From Octopus sinensis (lineage: Eukaryota), in assembly GCF_006345805.1 (NCBI RefSeq), contig NC_043004.1:75640001-75704000 (forward strand): a stretch of 64,000 nucleotides of DNA, written 5' to 3'. Under the pieces are notes generated by a model. It ran no database searches, had not been told where the DNA came from, and saw only the letters and a list, made by a program, of their open reading frames with translations. Below, in pieces: positions 24,339 to 36,583 of this stretch. Within the stretch, counting starts at the first letter, position 1. Each line of letters opens with the position of its first letter. The position numbers were made by a program, and so were the translations under genes.

Positions 24339-26027
24339 ATTTATTAATTATTATTATTCTGATCCCCCTAGTCGCCACTCTGTTTACTATTTCAGCCTCG
24401 CCTCGCCTCGTTTTGCATATTCTGTATAATTCACTAGTTATCGTTATTGATATTTTAAGATCTATCTCCCTTATAGAAATTGGCTGCCGATTCTTCGCGG
24501 GGTTTTTCTTTCTCTTCCCTTCTCTCCCCCTCTTGTTACATTGTCGTCTGTCTGGACTCCTCTCTTCCTACCACCCGCCATGGCTATGCATACTTAAGCT
24601 AGTAAAATGCCTCATTCTTGATTCCGAATTCCTTTTGCCAAGTCTGTCCGTAAACGAAGTGATCTCAAGATAAGAAATCTTTGAACTTTAATTCATCCGT
24701 ATCTCTATTTATTATTATTATTTATTAATTATTATTATTCTGATCCCCCTAGTCGCCACTCTGTTTACTATTTCAGCCTCGCCTCGCCTCGTTTTTTGCA
24801 TATTCTGTATAATTCACTAGTTATCGTTATTGATATTTTAAGATCTATCTCCCTTATAGAAATTGGCTGCCGATTCTTCGCGGGGTTTTTCTTTTCTCTT
24901 CCCTTCTCTCCCCCTCTTGTTACATTGTCGTCTGTCTGGACTCCTCTCTTCCTACCACCCGCCATGGCTATGCATACTTAAGCTAGTAAAATGCCTCATT
25001 CTTGATTCCGAATTCCTTTTGCCAAGTCTGTCCGTAAACGAAGTGATCTCAAGATAAGAAATCTTTGAACTTTAATTCATCCGTATCTCTATTTATTATT
25101 ATTATTTATTAATTATTATTATTCTGATCCCCCTAGTCGCCACTCTGTTTACTATTTCAGCCTCGCCTCGCCTCGTTTTGCATATTCTGTATAATTCACT
25201 AGTTATCGTTATTGATATTTTAAGATCTATCTCCCTTATAGAAATTGGCTGCCGATTCTTCGCGGGGTTTTTCTTTCTCTTCCCTTCTCTCCCCCTCTTG
25301 TTACATTGTCGTCTGTCTGGACTCCTCTCTTCCTACCACCCGCCATGGCTATGCATACTTAAGCTAGTAAAATGCCTCATTCTTGATTCCGAATTCCTTT
25401 TGCCAAGTCTGTCCGTAAACGAAGTGATCTCAAGATAAGAAATCTTTGAACTTTAATTCATCCGTATCTCTATTTATTATTATTATTTATTAATTATTAT
25501 TATTCTGATCCCCCTAGTCGCCACTCTGTTTACTATTTCAGCCTCGCCTCGCCTCGTTTTGCATATTCTGTATAATTCACTAGTTATCGTTATTGATATT
25601 TTAAGATCTATCTCCCTTATAGAAATTGGCTGCCGATTCTTCGCGGGGTTTTTCTTTCTCTTCCCTTCTCTCCCCCTCTTGTTACATTGTCGTCTGTCTG
25701 GACTCCTCTCTTCCTACCACCCGCCATGGCTATGCATACTTAAGCTAGTAAAATGCCTCATTCTTGATTCCGAATTCCTTTTGCCAAGTCTGTCCGTAAA
25801 CGAAGTGATCTCAAGATAAGAAATCTTTGAACTTTAATTCATCCGTATCTCTATTTATTATTATTATTTATTAATTATTATTATTCTGATCCCCCTAGTC
25901 GCCACTCTGTTTACTATTTCAGCCTCGCCTCGCCTCGTTTTGCATATTCTGTATAATTCACTAGTTATCGTTATTGATATTTTAAGATCTATCTCCCTTA
26001 TAGAAATTGGCTGCCGATTCTTCGCGG
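24339..26027. repeat. Tandem array of a 381-bp unit, about 4.4 near-identical copies
   Basis: ctgatccccctagtcgcc recurs at 24359, 24740, 25124, 25505 and 25886; the last copy is cut at ttcgcgg (26027). Confidence 0.97.
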
Positions 26028-26934
26028 CGCGCCCGCCCTACCCACCCCCACCACCAATACCGGATATCTCTATTTTGCTCCAACTATACCGGATGTCGTT
26101 TTTCTCCCACCACCATTATAGGTGTCTACTCTTTGAACCCCCTCTTCAATACGCTATTTCACCATGCATTACCCCTCTCTCGATATCCTACGTTCTACTT
26201 GCCTAGAACCTGTCCTCTGGACCACCCCTCCCACTGGTGCTCACCCCTCCCACTGGTGCTCCCCTATATTTCTGCATCCCCCCACCACCATTATAGGTGT
26301 CTACTCTTTGAACCCCCCCTCTTCAATACGCTATTTCACCATGCATTACCCCTCTCTCGATATCCTACGTTCTACTTGCCTAGAACCTGTCCTCTGAACC
26401 ACCCCTCCCACTGGTGCCCACCCCTCCCACTGGTGCTCCCCTATATTTCTGCACCCCCACCACCACTATAGGTGTCTACTCTTTGAACCCCCCTCTTCAA
26501 TACGCTGCTCCCCTATATTTCTGCACCCCCCACCACCATTATAGGTGTCTACTCTTTGAACCCCACTCTTCAATACGCTATTTCACCATGCATTACCCCT
26601 CTCTCGATATCCTACGTTCTACTTGACTAGTACCTGTCCTCTGAACCACCCCTCCCACTGGTGCTCCCCTATATTTCTGCACCCCCCCCATAAAAAGCAC
26701 CATCCGAACGTGGCCGATGCCAGACCCCTCTGGCACCTGTGCAGGTGGCACGTAAAAAACACCCACTACACTCGCGGAGTGGTTGGCGTTAGGAAGGGCA
26801 TCCAGCTGTAGAAACACTGCCAGACTAGACTGGAGCCTGGGGCAGTCCCGAGCTCCCCAGACCCCGGTCGAAACCGTCCAACCCGTGCTAGCGCGGAAAA
26901 CGGACGTTAAACGATGATGATGATGATGATGATG
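26028..26934 (+). mobile_element. Non-autonomous element: C-rich head, internally amplified core of about 175 bp, RTE-type 3' tail with (GAT)n
   Basis: Head gcgcccgccc and core are shared with 39452-39950; the 3' end aaccgtccaacccgtgctagc..ggaaaacggacgttaaacgatgatg matches the tail of the LINE at 41177. Confidence 0.8.
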
Positions 26935-29900
26935 GTTCTTTATCATTACTAGCAAGATACAGCTGGTAATAAAATATTTGTGTGAAAAGTAAGAAAGTCA
27001 CTTGAAATTTTCTATTACCAAATTTCTAGTGAGATATTCAGCATAAGCTTGGGATGCTGCCACTTGCAACGAATATTATAAATACTTAACTGGAAATAAC
27101 GATAGAACTACCCTTAATTAATGATAGATAAACATTTCTAATCTCTACCTATCACGATGTTAACATTGCCAGTTCTTTTCTTTTTTTAAGATTGAATTCT
27201 TTTCCTGTGGGCTCCCCAACCCCCAAAGCATCTACAATTCCAATTCTATGTGCATCATGTTTCTAAAAAGGGCCAAATTGGGACTTGTTGAGGTGGATTT
27301 TCTACTACTGAATGCCCTTGCCTTCACCAACCCTCACCTGTTTCCAAGTAAGGTAATATTTCTCCATGACCAGACATCCACAGTAGTGAGTTGTACTGTT
27401 TACTTAGAGGTAAGCAGTACAATGTATACCAACAAAACAGGTCACTATCACCAAATGGCCACTTAACCTGCTAAAAATAGCAGTCAAACTTCTCTCAAAC
27501 TGCATAAGTTTTAAAAAGGACACATTAATTAGATAATGTAGTTTGGAGTGTACACAATTCCTGATAAAGACCTTTGTTCATAGAGCCAATCCACCAGGAA
27601 TCATAAATAACAATAACCTGTGGTTGTGTGATTAAAAGGCTTGCTTGCTAACCAAATATTTTTTTATTATAGCCCTGAGCTGACCAAAACCTTGTAAATC
27701 AATATGATAGACAGAAAGGAAAAGAAGCCTGCTCTCTCTCCTCCACTTCTCTTGACACCACGTGATGGGTGTAAACAAACGTCAATGTCATACAAGCAAG
27801 GTTGTTTGTTTTCAGTTTCCTGTGAGAAATGTCTGGGTGAGGGAAATATTACTTAGCTTGGAAAGTTGAGGATTGGCAACAGGAAAGGCATCCAGCCATA
27901 ATCTGCCTCAACAAAATTCATCCAACCCATTCAAGCATGGAAAAGTGGATGTTATGATGATGGTGTGATCATGTGGTATGGAGCTTGCTTCCCAACCACA
28001 TAGTTCCAGGTTCAGTTCCACTGCATGGCACTTTGAGCAAGTGTCTTCGACTATAGCCTTGGACCAACCAAAGTCTTGAAAGTGGATTTGGTAGACGGAA
28101 ACTGAAAGAAGCCTACCATGTGTGTGTGTGTGTCAGTGTTTGTCCACCACCAGTGCTAGACAGCTGTGTTTACATCCCCAAAACTTATCGGTGCAGCAAA
28201 AGACACCAATAGAATAAGTACTAGGCTCAACTGAGAAAAAAATAAGTCCTGGGATCAATTCATCCAACTAAAAATTCTTCAAGGGACTGCCCCAGTATGG
28301 CCATGGTCTAATGACTGAAACAAGTAAGAAGAAAGAAAATAAAAAAAAATTTTAATTTCCAATCAATTTTAATAAATTGCAAAAAAAAAAAAAATCATGA
28401 AAAATATTTCCAACTTCCGGAATCACTTAATGAGCAGACATTACAAGAACTCATTTGAAAAGCAAGATGTACAAGCTGTTGGCAGCTTAGTTGTGTGTGC
28501 TTACAGTGTAATGTAATATTTACAATGCAAATATATTTATTAATACTGATGACAGTGTAATTCAATATGTTACATGTAATCTTAAGTCAGCAATAAACGA
28601 AGTGTCGAGGGAGAAGTAGTAACTTCACAACTAATTTTATTTGCTTTCAAATCATATCACACAAGTGGTGACAAGAATAGAGGAGAAAATATGCTTCTGG
28701 CAAAGCAGATCAGTAACTAAATTTTAAATTCTGGTTGAAGATCCCAAATACACAACTGAGGTAACATTAAATTAAAATAGCTTCTATGTATCATACTTAA
28801 TATATTGATAGGCCAGTTACTGCTCTAATTGTCCCGAGATAACCTCGATGACGCTTACTAGTTCTCAGTCAGACAGTCCAACCCATGCCAGCATGGAAAA
28901 CAGACATTAAATGATGATGACAATGATGACTCCATATCAAATAATATTCAGTTCCATTTACTGCAGGTCATTCAGAGAGAGGGACATGTCTTTTGACTAT
29001 GTGGATGTGTGCATTGATAATTCACAAATTTTTAATTGAAACAGCAGTGAATGGTCAGTGTAACAATTCAGAACAAGTTTTAATTAATAATTAGTACATG
29101 TAGCCTTGCTTATTACTGATTCATTCACCACAGATTGATTTTTCATGACACAGGTACGCAATTTGTCAAAGATACTGGTTGTACTGCAAGCATGCACCCC
29201 AGAAGCTACCCATAATGCTCAGCTGCACAGGTCCAAGGACTATCATCATCATCATCGCCATCGTTTAATGTCCGCTTTCCATGCCGGTATGGGTTGGGCA
29301 GTTTGACTGAGGACTGGTGAGCCAGAGGCTACATCAGGTTCCAATCCGATCTGGCAAAGCTTCTACAGCTGAATGTCCTTCCTAACACCATAGTGGGTGC
29401 TTTTACATGACATCGGCACAAGGGCCAGACAAGTAGTTCTGGCAATGACTACACTCAAAAGGTGTTTTTTACGTGCTACCTGCACAGGAGCCAATCCCCG
29501 ACCCTGGCCCTAGCAACGATCACATTCGGACGTGTGTTTAACGTTCCACTGGCACGAGTGCTAATCAGGCGGCACTGTCATCAGCCATGTCAGCGATTCT
29601 GATTTGTTTTCATTTGCCTCAATAGGTCTTCACAAGCAAAGTTTATTGCCCAATGAATGAGGGGTACTCATAAGTGGGCCGGTAACACCCCACGTTCGGA
29701 TGTGTGTTTAACGTTCCACTGGCACGAGTGCCAATCAGGAGGTACTGTCATCGGCCACTCACTTGTGTTATGAAGCTATGTATATTTGCTATGGATTTAC
29801 ATACTATCATACTCGTCAAAATGGGATGAGCGAACAGAAAATATCTAAAGGGATCTGCTCCTAACAAACAATGCAGATGAGTGTATTCTCTACAGGAACA

Positions 29901-31534
29901 TGTGAAGATGATCAAGAAAATAACTTAACGCTGGAAGCTTTACGGCTGTGGGTTGCAAGCCTGGTGCCAATGAATCTACTATTCATTCCATTTACAAAGT
30001 GCAACGAGACGATTCATTTATTAGATTTTTTTTTGTTGTTTTTATTTTGTGGCCCAAACAGCCTTATAATTGAAAACGAATTAGATTTTAATTAAACAAC
30101 TGAACCATCACAAGCATTTATAATTATTTATATCGGAGAATATCTGAGCTTCCCAATACACACACACACACACACACATAACGCTTGTGTATACATATGC
30201 AGGTACAAGGATGTGTTTTCTCATCTACCTGTATATGATTCTCGAGATCTGAATACTACATAAAAAACGGATTGAAAACAGTTACACATAAAATTTCATT
30301 TAAAATCTTCAATATCCAAGTTTCTAAACACTGGGATAAATAAATAAGCTCAAGGGAAAAACCAACCGAAGCCTAGCAAGCAATATGGAAGTTTAACAAA
30401 GAAAAAATGGGACAAGACTTTAATGACATCAAAGAAAGAATTGCTTGTTCATTCAAGGAATAAGTAATCCCTACTACAAGAGTTCTAATCAAGGATGTAC
30501 TGCAACTGTTTTTTTTTTTTGTTTCTTTTTAAGGATTGCTTTAACCAAAAAATGTCCTCATCATCATCATCATCGCTTAGCGTCATGAATGAATAATATT
30601 CATATAAGGTATAAAGAAAATATTGAGTAAAGCATTAATCTAATTAGATCTCTTATCCGAAATAGAATTAAGTGTGAAGTGCTTGGCTGACAAAGAGAGG
30701 ATCTGGAGGACTGTCTGCTCCTGTCATTGTAAGCGGAAGGGAAGGAAATAAAAAAATAAAATAAAAAAACCGGAGAAGGGAGGAATAAGTCAACACCTAA
30801 GAAATGCCTTTGTCACTGGTTATAATGGCAAACTGAAGCCAGCAGAGAAAAATGTAGGACAAGGCTAGAGAGAGAGAGGTGAGAGTGTGCAAACAATAAG
30901 ATTGACAAATTCAGTAGATTTAGAGGAAAGACAAAATAAACGCCTTGCCTGCTTGTGTCTGTGTGACTTGGATGATTCAAGCTCCACAACAGACAATAAC
31001 AATATTCAGTGTACAGAGATATTAAATATTTACAAAGCTTCCCGGAACGTAGCTGTGGAATATACACAAAGGGCAAATAAAAACAAAAAAACGAGGAAGA
31101 AGAAAAAAAAAAACGAAAACATCCGTATCATATGGAGAAATTATAATGTTTAATTAAGTAATGATTTTAATTATCTAAAAAGTGATTTTCCAGCAGGCTA
31201 TGGTTTCCTTTATCAATTAGAATGATTTCAAATGCAGTGTTACTTGTCAAGCTTAAAAAAACACTGATGTATATTCTCCAATATATGTACGTGTGTAATT
31301 ATTTTATAAGTGCGTGAATGTGTGTACAAATATATATGTTCATGAATGCATGGATATATGTGTAAATATATGCAAAAAAGATGCACATGTAAAAAAAAAA
31401 CATACAAGAATATATACATACATCCCATCCCATCCACCCACATGACTACACACACTGGTATGGATCATATATATGTACTCCCCTGTGTGTGTGTGTGTAT
31501 GTATTTATATATGTAGACATAACACACACAGATG

Positions 31535-31537
<3 letters not shown>

Positions 31538-31614
<77 letters not shown>

Positions 31615-31620
31615 TACACA
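31538..31620. repeat. (TA)n(CA)n microsatellite; other long tracts at about 3791-3833, 14187-14248, 39164-39204, 43065-43150 and 52247-52286
   Basis: Direct reading of dinucleotide runs. Confidence 0.98.
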
Positions 31621-32539
31621 TAAAATTATCATTGTACATATACACTCATGTACATGCATGTAATAAGAGATGTTATCTCAGGACAAGTACCATAGTAACT
31701 GGCCTATCAACAACAGTGCATATACATTAAGTATGATACATTGTGTGTGTGATGTACACACACACACATGGTTCTACATAAAAAGCACCAAAATGGTTGG
31801 CAGTAGGAAGGGCATCCAACTACAGAAACCATGTCAAAGCTGACGATAGAGCTTGAGGTAGTTTTCTGACTTGCCAGTTCCTGTCAAAGCATCCAACCCA
31901 TGCCAGCAGGTTAAATGATAATGATGATGATGATGTGTGTGTGTGTGTGTCATTTCAATGTTTTTTTGGGGGGGGGGTTGTATATGCTAATGTGGTAGAA
32001 GAAACTTCTGGAGGCAGTCTTCTATGGTCAGATGCCCTTCCTCATATGAACCCTTGTTTTAATTTATTCTGCTTGACTTCACATGTCAAACTTAGGGAGC
32101 TGTGAGATGTGCTCATCAACCAACAGTAAACTTGAAAGGAAAAGAACAAGCATGCACAATGTGGGGCCCAATCCTGTGTTGCAGGCGAGTGACTCACAAT
32201 AAGGGTTCAGATTGCATGTCCGTTCAACCATTGAACGCCATACAAGGAAAGTTGTCTTATGTACCATCTCTAGCTTATTCAAAGTACCATGGCTTGGATA
32301 AAGCCATAAATACACACACACGTGAATATTAAAATTAATTTTTAATTAGCTTTTATTTATTATAAAAACTCTAAAAACCATTGTTTTCTCCAGGTTAGCA
32401 TTCTTCTTTACTCAGTAAGGTATATAAAGTAGTAATCCAGTCAGATTACAGTTCAACTATCTAAATATCATAAAGATGGATGCTTTAACTCTTCAGCATT
32501 TAAACTGGCCATATCCAACTCAAATATTCTACATTATTT

Positions 32540-32830
32540 AGATTTGATGGATATTTGTTCTCATCTTGTTTGTTGTTAACACAACGTTTCACCTGATATA
32601 CCCTCCAGCCTTCATCAGGTGTCTTGGGGAAATTTCGAACCTGGGTTCTCATTCCTAAGGTATTTTTCGATGTTATTATTACTATGGGATCAAACTCGGA
32701 ATCTTGGGGTTAGCAGCCCGCACTCTTAACCACTACTCCATATGCCTGTGGGCAATTATGGAGTGAATTTTAGGGCTTATAAATTTCCCCAAGACACCTG
32801 ATGAAGGCTAGGGTATATCAGCTGAAAACT
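32540..32830. mobile_element. Penelope-like terminal-repeat fragments in inverted arrangement
   Basis: aagacacctgatgaaggct occurs on both strands (32578-32623 minus, 32793-32827 plus); same family as 8240-8790. Confidence 0.75.
32578..32623 (-). ncRNA. Minimal type I hammerhead ribozyme motif (PLE-type, slightly degenerate)
   Basis: GACAC-CUGAUGA-A-GGCUG-(10 nt)-CAGGU-GAAA-CG-UU-GUGUU: stem I GACAC/GUGUU, intact core, palindromic CG stem III, one G-G mismatch in stem II. Confidence 0.65.
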
Positions 32831-35035
32831 CAAAACTCCTCTCCCACTCCACACTTTCAGCAGGTTCTGTCTATGGCTTGGTCGATCTTGTAGAGCCAGT
32901 ACTTCTACGTCTGCTGAGTGTTACCTGCTGATGCCTGGCTAGAGACGAATCAGCAGTTCTGCTCACTTTATCTCCATGGTCGCCGTAGATCCTCTTGACT
33001 CTTTCGTGTTTGAAGGGAGGTGGTTTAAGTGTCTGGTGGATCACTGCTTTTGCTGCGTCGAAGTGGTGGGGGGCTATCACTCAGACAGCATTTGTTGAGG
33101 CATATTTTTCTACAGCCAGATGCCCTTCCTTTTACCACTCTCATCTGCTTGCAAATAAGACTATACTTCCTCATGGCCAAACATCTTTCCATAGAAGACT
33201 GGAAGCAAAAGTCAGCATTTGCATGACAGGGACACATGCTTACAGTTATCAGGCAAGGCAAGGAGATGGTAACAAGCGCATGCCCACATACGCACACACA
33301 TTTATACACACAACAGAATTCTTTCAATTTCCATCTCACAAGGATTTGGTCAGCCAGGGCTATACCAAGAGATTCTCACCGATGGTGCCATGCAGTGGGA
33401 CTGAGCCTGAAACCATTTGGTGGGGACTGGAAGTGGTACCTAAAACATTCAGTCAACAATGAATACACCTAACTGAAGTGGTAGGAGAAACACAAAGAAA
33501 AATATCTGAATCTTACATTGGGAAAGACATAAAATGAATTTCAAGTATTAGGTTGATAGGGAGTTATGCTCAATATGATTCAAGCAAAGAACAATGCAAA
33601 CTGCAGAGTTTTTACATGATAGGAATATTATTTCATGCATATCATGGAGAGCTAAGAAGTTGATGCAAGGGAAGAAATTTTCACAAAACCAATTTAATTG
33701 GTTATTAGAGCCATTTTACCCCATAAATATAAACATATTAACTCTGCATATGTACATACATAATATTAATATATATATATATATATAAATAATATAGGAC
33801 AATCAGAGTTTCTTGTCTAAACAACTGTTGAAAAATGCCTAGAAGCTTTCTGCTCCAGTATTTGAAACTCTGAGTATTATTATGACAACTTACTGATTGA
33901 CCTATATTTTATATATATATAGGTGTAACATGGTTGAATGTAGATTCGCCCTTTAATTTTGGAGGTTTCCAAAACAGATTTCTTAATGTTGATTCTTCAT
34001 ATTTTGCTGGGAGTTTACAGGCATAAATTTGCGAAGATATGAAAGTAATACTTGTATATAATGTACACTGAATTTATGGAAAGAAGTCCAATAAAACTCA
34101 TCAATTTAGAATGATAAAACAGGAGATGTTTCATTTAAGAAATTAATAAGATCCGCAAAGAGAGCAATAGATTGCCAAATGTTATGGTATAAAAGACACA
34201 CCCCTAATTTCAGCAGTGCCTATCCAGGAAAAAAGAAACAAATGATTTTAGTGCTTTAAAGTTTATGGGAGGCCCAACTGCACATAGAGGAGCTAGGGTG
34301 ATATTTCTTGAGACGTTTTGGGGAACAGAAAAAGTGTACGCTATATGCCATCAGTACAGTATCTGAGATGGTGTTGTAACAAGACTGGAAGCAAAAGACA
34401 TCACTTGCATGATGGTGACATTCATTTCCAACTATCATGTGATGTCAAGACAAAGAAGACAGTAACACACACACACACACACAACACACCTATCAGTTTT
34501 TCAGTCTACGAAATCCATAATGTGTTGGTCAGTCAAGGACTATGGTAGAAGACACTTGCCCAAGGTGGCACACAAGGAGATTGAATCTGAAGTCATGTGA
34601 TTGGGAAACAAACTTAATAGCACACAGCCACATCTGTGTCTGCAGTGGAATATGAAATGGAAAAGAACCAACTGATAGAGACTCTGCAACAACAATGAAG
34701 CATCTTAGCAGACAGAGCAACATTGGAAATAATGTTCTAACTCCAAAGGCTCCTATTGAAACTCTTGGATCAAATTTCATTTTCTTTACACTCGGGCCAA
34801 TCCATGCCTTCTAAGTAAAACTGGGCGGTGTCTGTAAAGGAACCTGAAATGGTACAGCCTTGTCACATACATTGCTACAAGGATTTTGTCTTAAAATCAC
34901 ATTAAGGATACAAGGGTCTGTGAATTAGTGACTTAAGCATTAATCCAAGAGGAGGTAATTCAGTTGATCAAACAACTGAAGCCTCATCACTGAGTGACAG
35001 ACATTACACTGAGTAATATTTTATGATTTCAATGA

Positions 35036-36185
35036 TCACACACTTACTATAATGGGCGTTATGCCTGTCTGTCTGTCCATCTCTTTGTTCCCCCTTCACA
35101 GCCAGACAGCTAGACCAATGGTTATGAAATTTTTCGGGATTACAAAGGAGGTAACCAAGAAGGTTTTAGCAGAAAAAAATCAGGTCAGGAAGTATGATTA
35201 TTTCATGGATATCGATTTTTTAATTGATAAACCACCTTTGAAATTTTATCAAAAATTCACCGACTACAAGTAACTCTGGATTTTCATCATATAGTACGTG
35301 GCCCCATCATAGATACAAAGGGGGTCACGAGGACAGTTAATAACGAAAATATAATGGAAAAAGTGTGTCAGTATACAGTGTGTAATTATTTATTGGTTAT
35401 TGAAGTGTGTCAGTTTTGAAGGGTTCAAAATGGCTAATCGAAGCAGCTGTTGTTTACATCACAGTTTTGTCAATCAAAATAACCCATGGTACCAGAACAT
35501 CCAGACATTATTCGCATAGAATGGTGAGAGGCAAGTCTTAGTTTGATATTTTGCAACCCTAAAGATTCTGCTCAGAAACAAGACACAGGGCCAGACTTTA
35601 GATCATGTAGACGTATTTTTACCCACTCCAATGTTTACACACGGCCAGTTATACGTTGCAATGAATAGAGCAAGGGACTCCAATAATTTGAAAATTAGTG
35701 TCGACCAAACAGAAAATATCGTCTACAAAGAAGTTTTGTAATCATGTTGATATTATCGAAAGGAATATGATTCATAATTTAAATAAGGAAATTTGTGAAC
35801 TTTGAATGCATAAGAGTATAAACAAGCGTTAAATAGTGTAAACAGCTAAAACAAAAGTATATCTAAATAACATTTTTTCTTAAAACCTTTTATGTAGTGG
35901 TGAAAGGAAGGTCTGGCTTTCGTTAGGAGTGGTCCCCATAACCATTCACGATGCAGAGGCTGGGAGCCTGTTTCAGCTCGGGGGTGAATCACCATCACAT
36001 GTCACTTAGTCGCAAACACATGTTGTATAGCTGCAACAGAATGCTGCATCACCAACAATAATGTGATTTCTCTAAGACATCACCCAGTAATCTATCAAGT
36101 CCATTTACACATTTCTCAATACATATGCTGTAATGACTTCACACCCTCAACTTGTACCTCCATCGTAGATGGGTAGATTTGCTAG
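35036..36185 (+). mobile_element. Non-autonomous Helitron (about 1.15 kb) with a helicase C-terminal remnant at 35577-35741
   Basis: A|TC start; 3' hairpin ccatc-gta-gatgg (36160-36172) followed by CTAG|T. The remnant reads NKTQGQTLDHVDVFLPTPMFTHGQLYVAMNRAR...TENIVYKEVL-stop (Pif1-like Helitron helicase C-terminus). Confidence 0.85.
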
Positions 36186-36583
36186 TATATATAATACATA
36201 TATATATATATACTCACACATATCATTTTTCTTTTACTCCTGTCAGTCACTGGACTGCAGCCATCCTGGGGCACCGTCTTGAGTCTTAGTTTAGCAAATC
36301 GGTCACAGTACTCATTCTATCACTCTCTTTTACAGGGAATGTAAACTAAACAACACTTGCTGTTATATGATAAAGGAGGGGCAGACACAGACACACGCAC
36401 GTACATACGTACAAATATATGATCAGCCTTGAGTTACAGTGGAAGACAAAAGCAGATTTGCGGAATTGACCATAGATCTGTTATTTGGTGATGAGATTTA
36501 TCTCTCATCTACTTAAGCAGACATCACACGAAACCTTCAGATCTTTTTTTGCCAATTTAGCTTTAAGGTGCATTTACAACATA

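Noticed and set aside
24339-26027. 381-bp array as a hammerhead retrozyme or as tandem genes (86-aa ORFs MHILYNSLV...)
   Set aside because: No CTGAnGA/GAAA core was found on either strand. The ORFs have no recognisable domain and change frame between copies.
26028-26110. GC-rich element head as an HDV-like ribozyme
   Set aside because: The strand is almost purely C-rich with no G-rich partner for the P1/P2 double pseudoknot.
31465-31730. ORFs with YIYIYI/CVCVCV runs (also at 3760, 14066, 45144 and 52206)
   Set aside because: These are translations of (TA)n and (CA)n microsatellites.
32840-33080. GC-richer coding-like fragment (ORF 32871-33080)
   Set aside because: Probably a retroelement remnant next to the PLE piece, but no diagnostic motif could be identified, so it is left unannotated.
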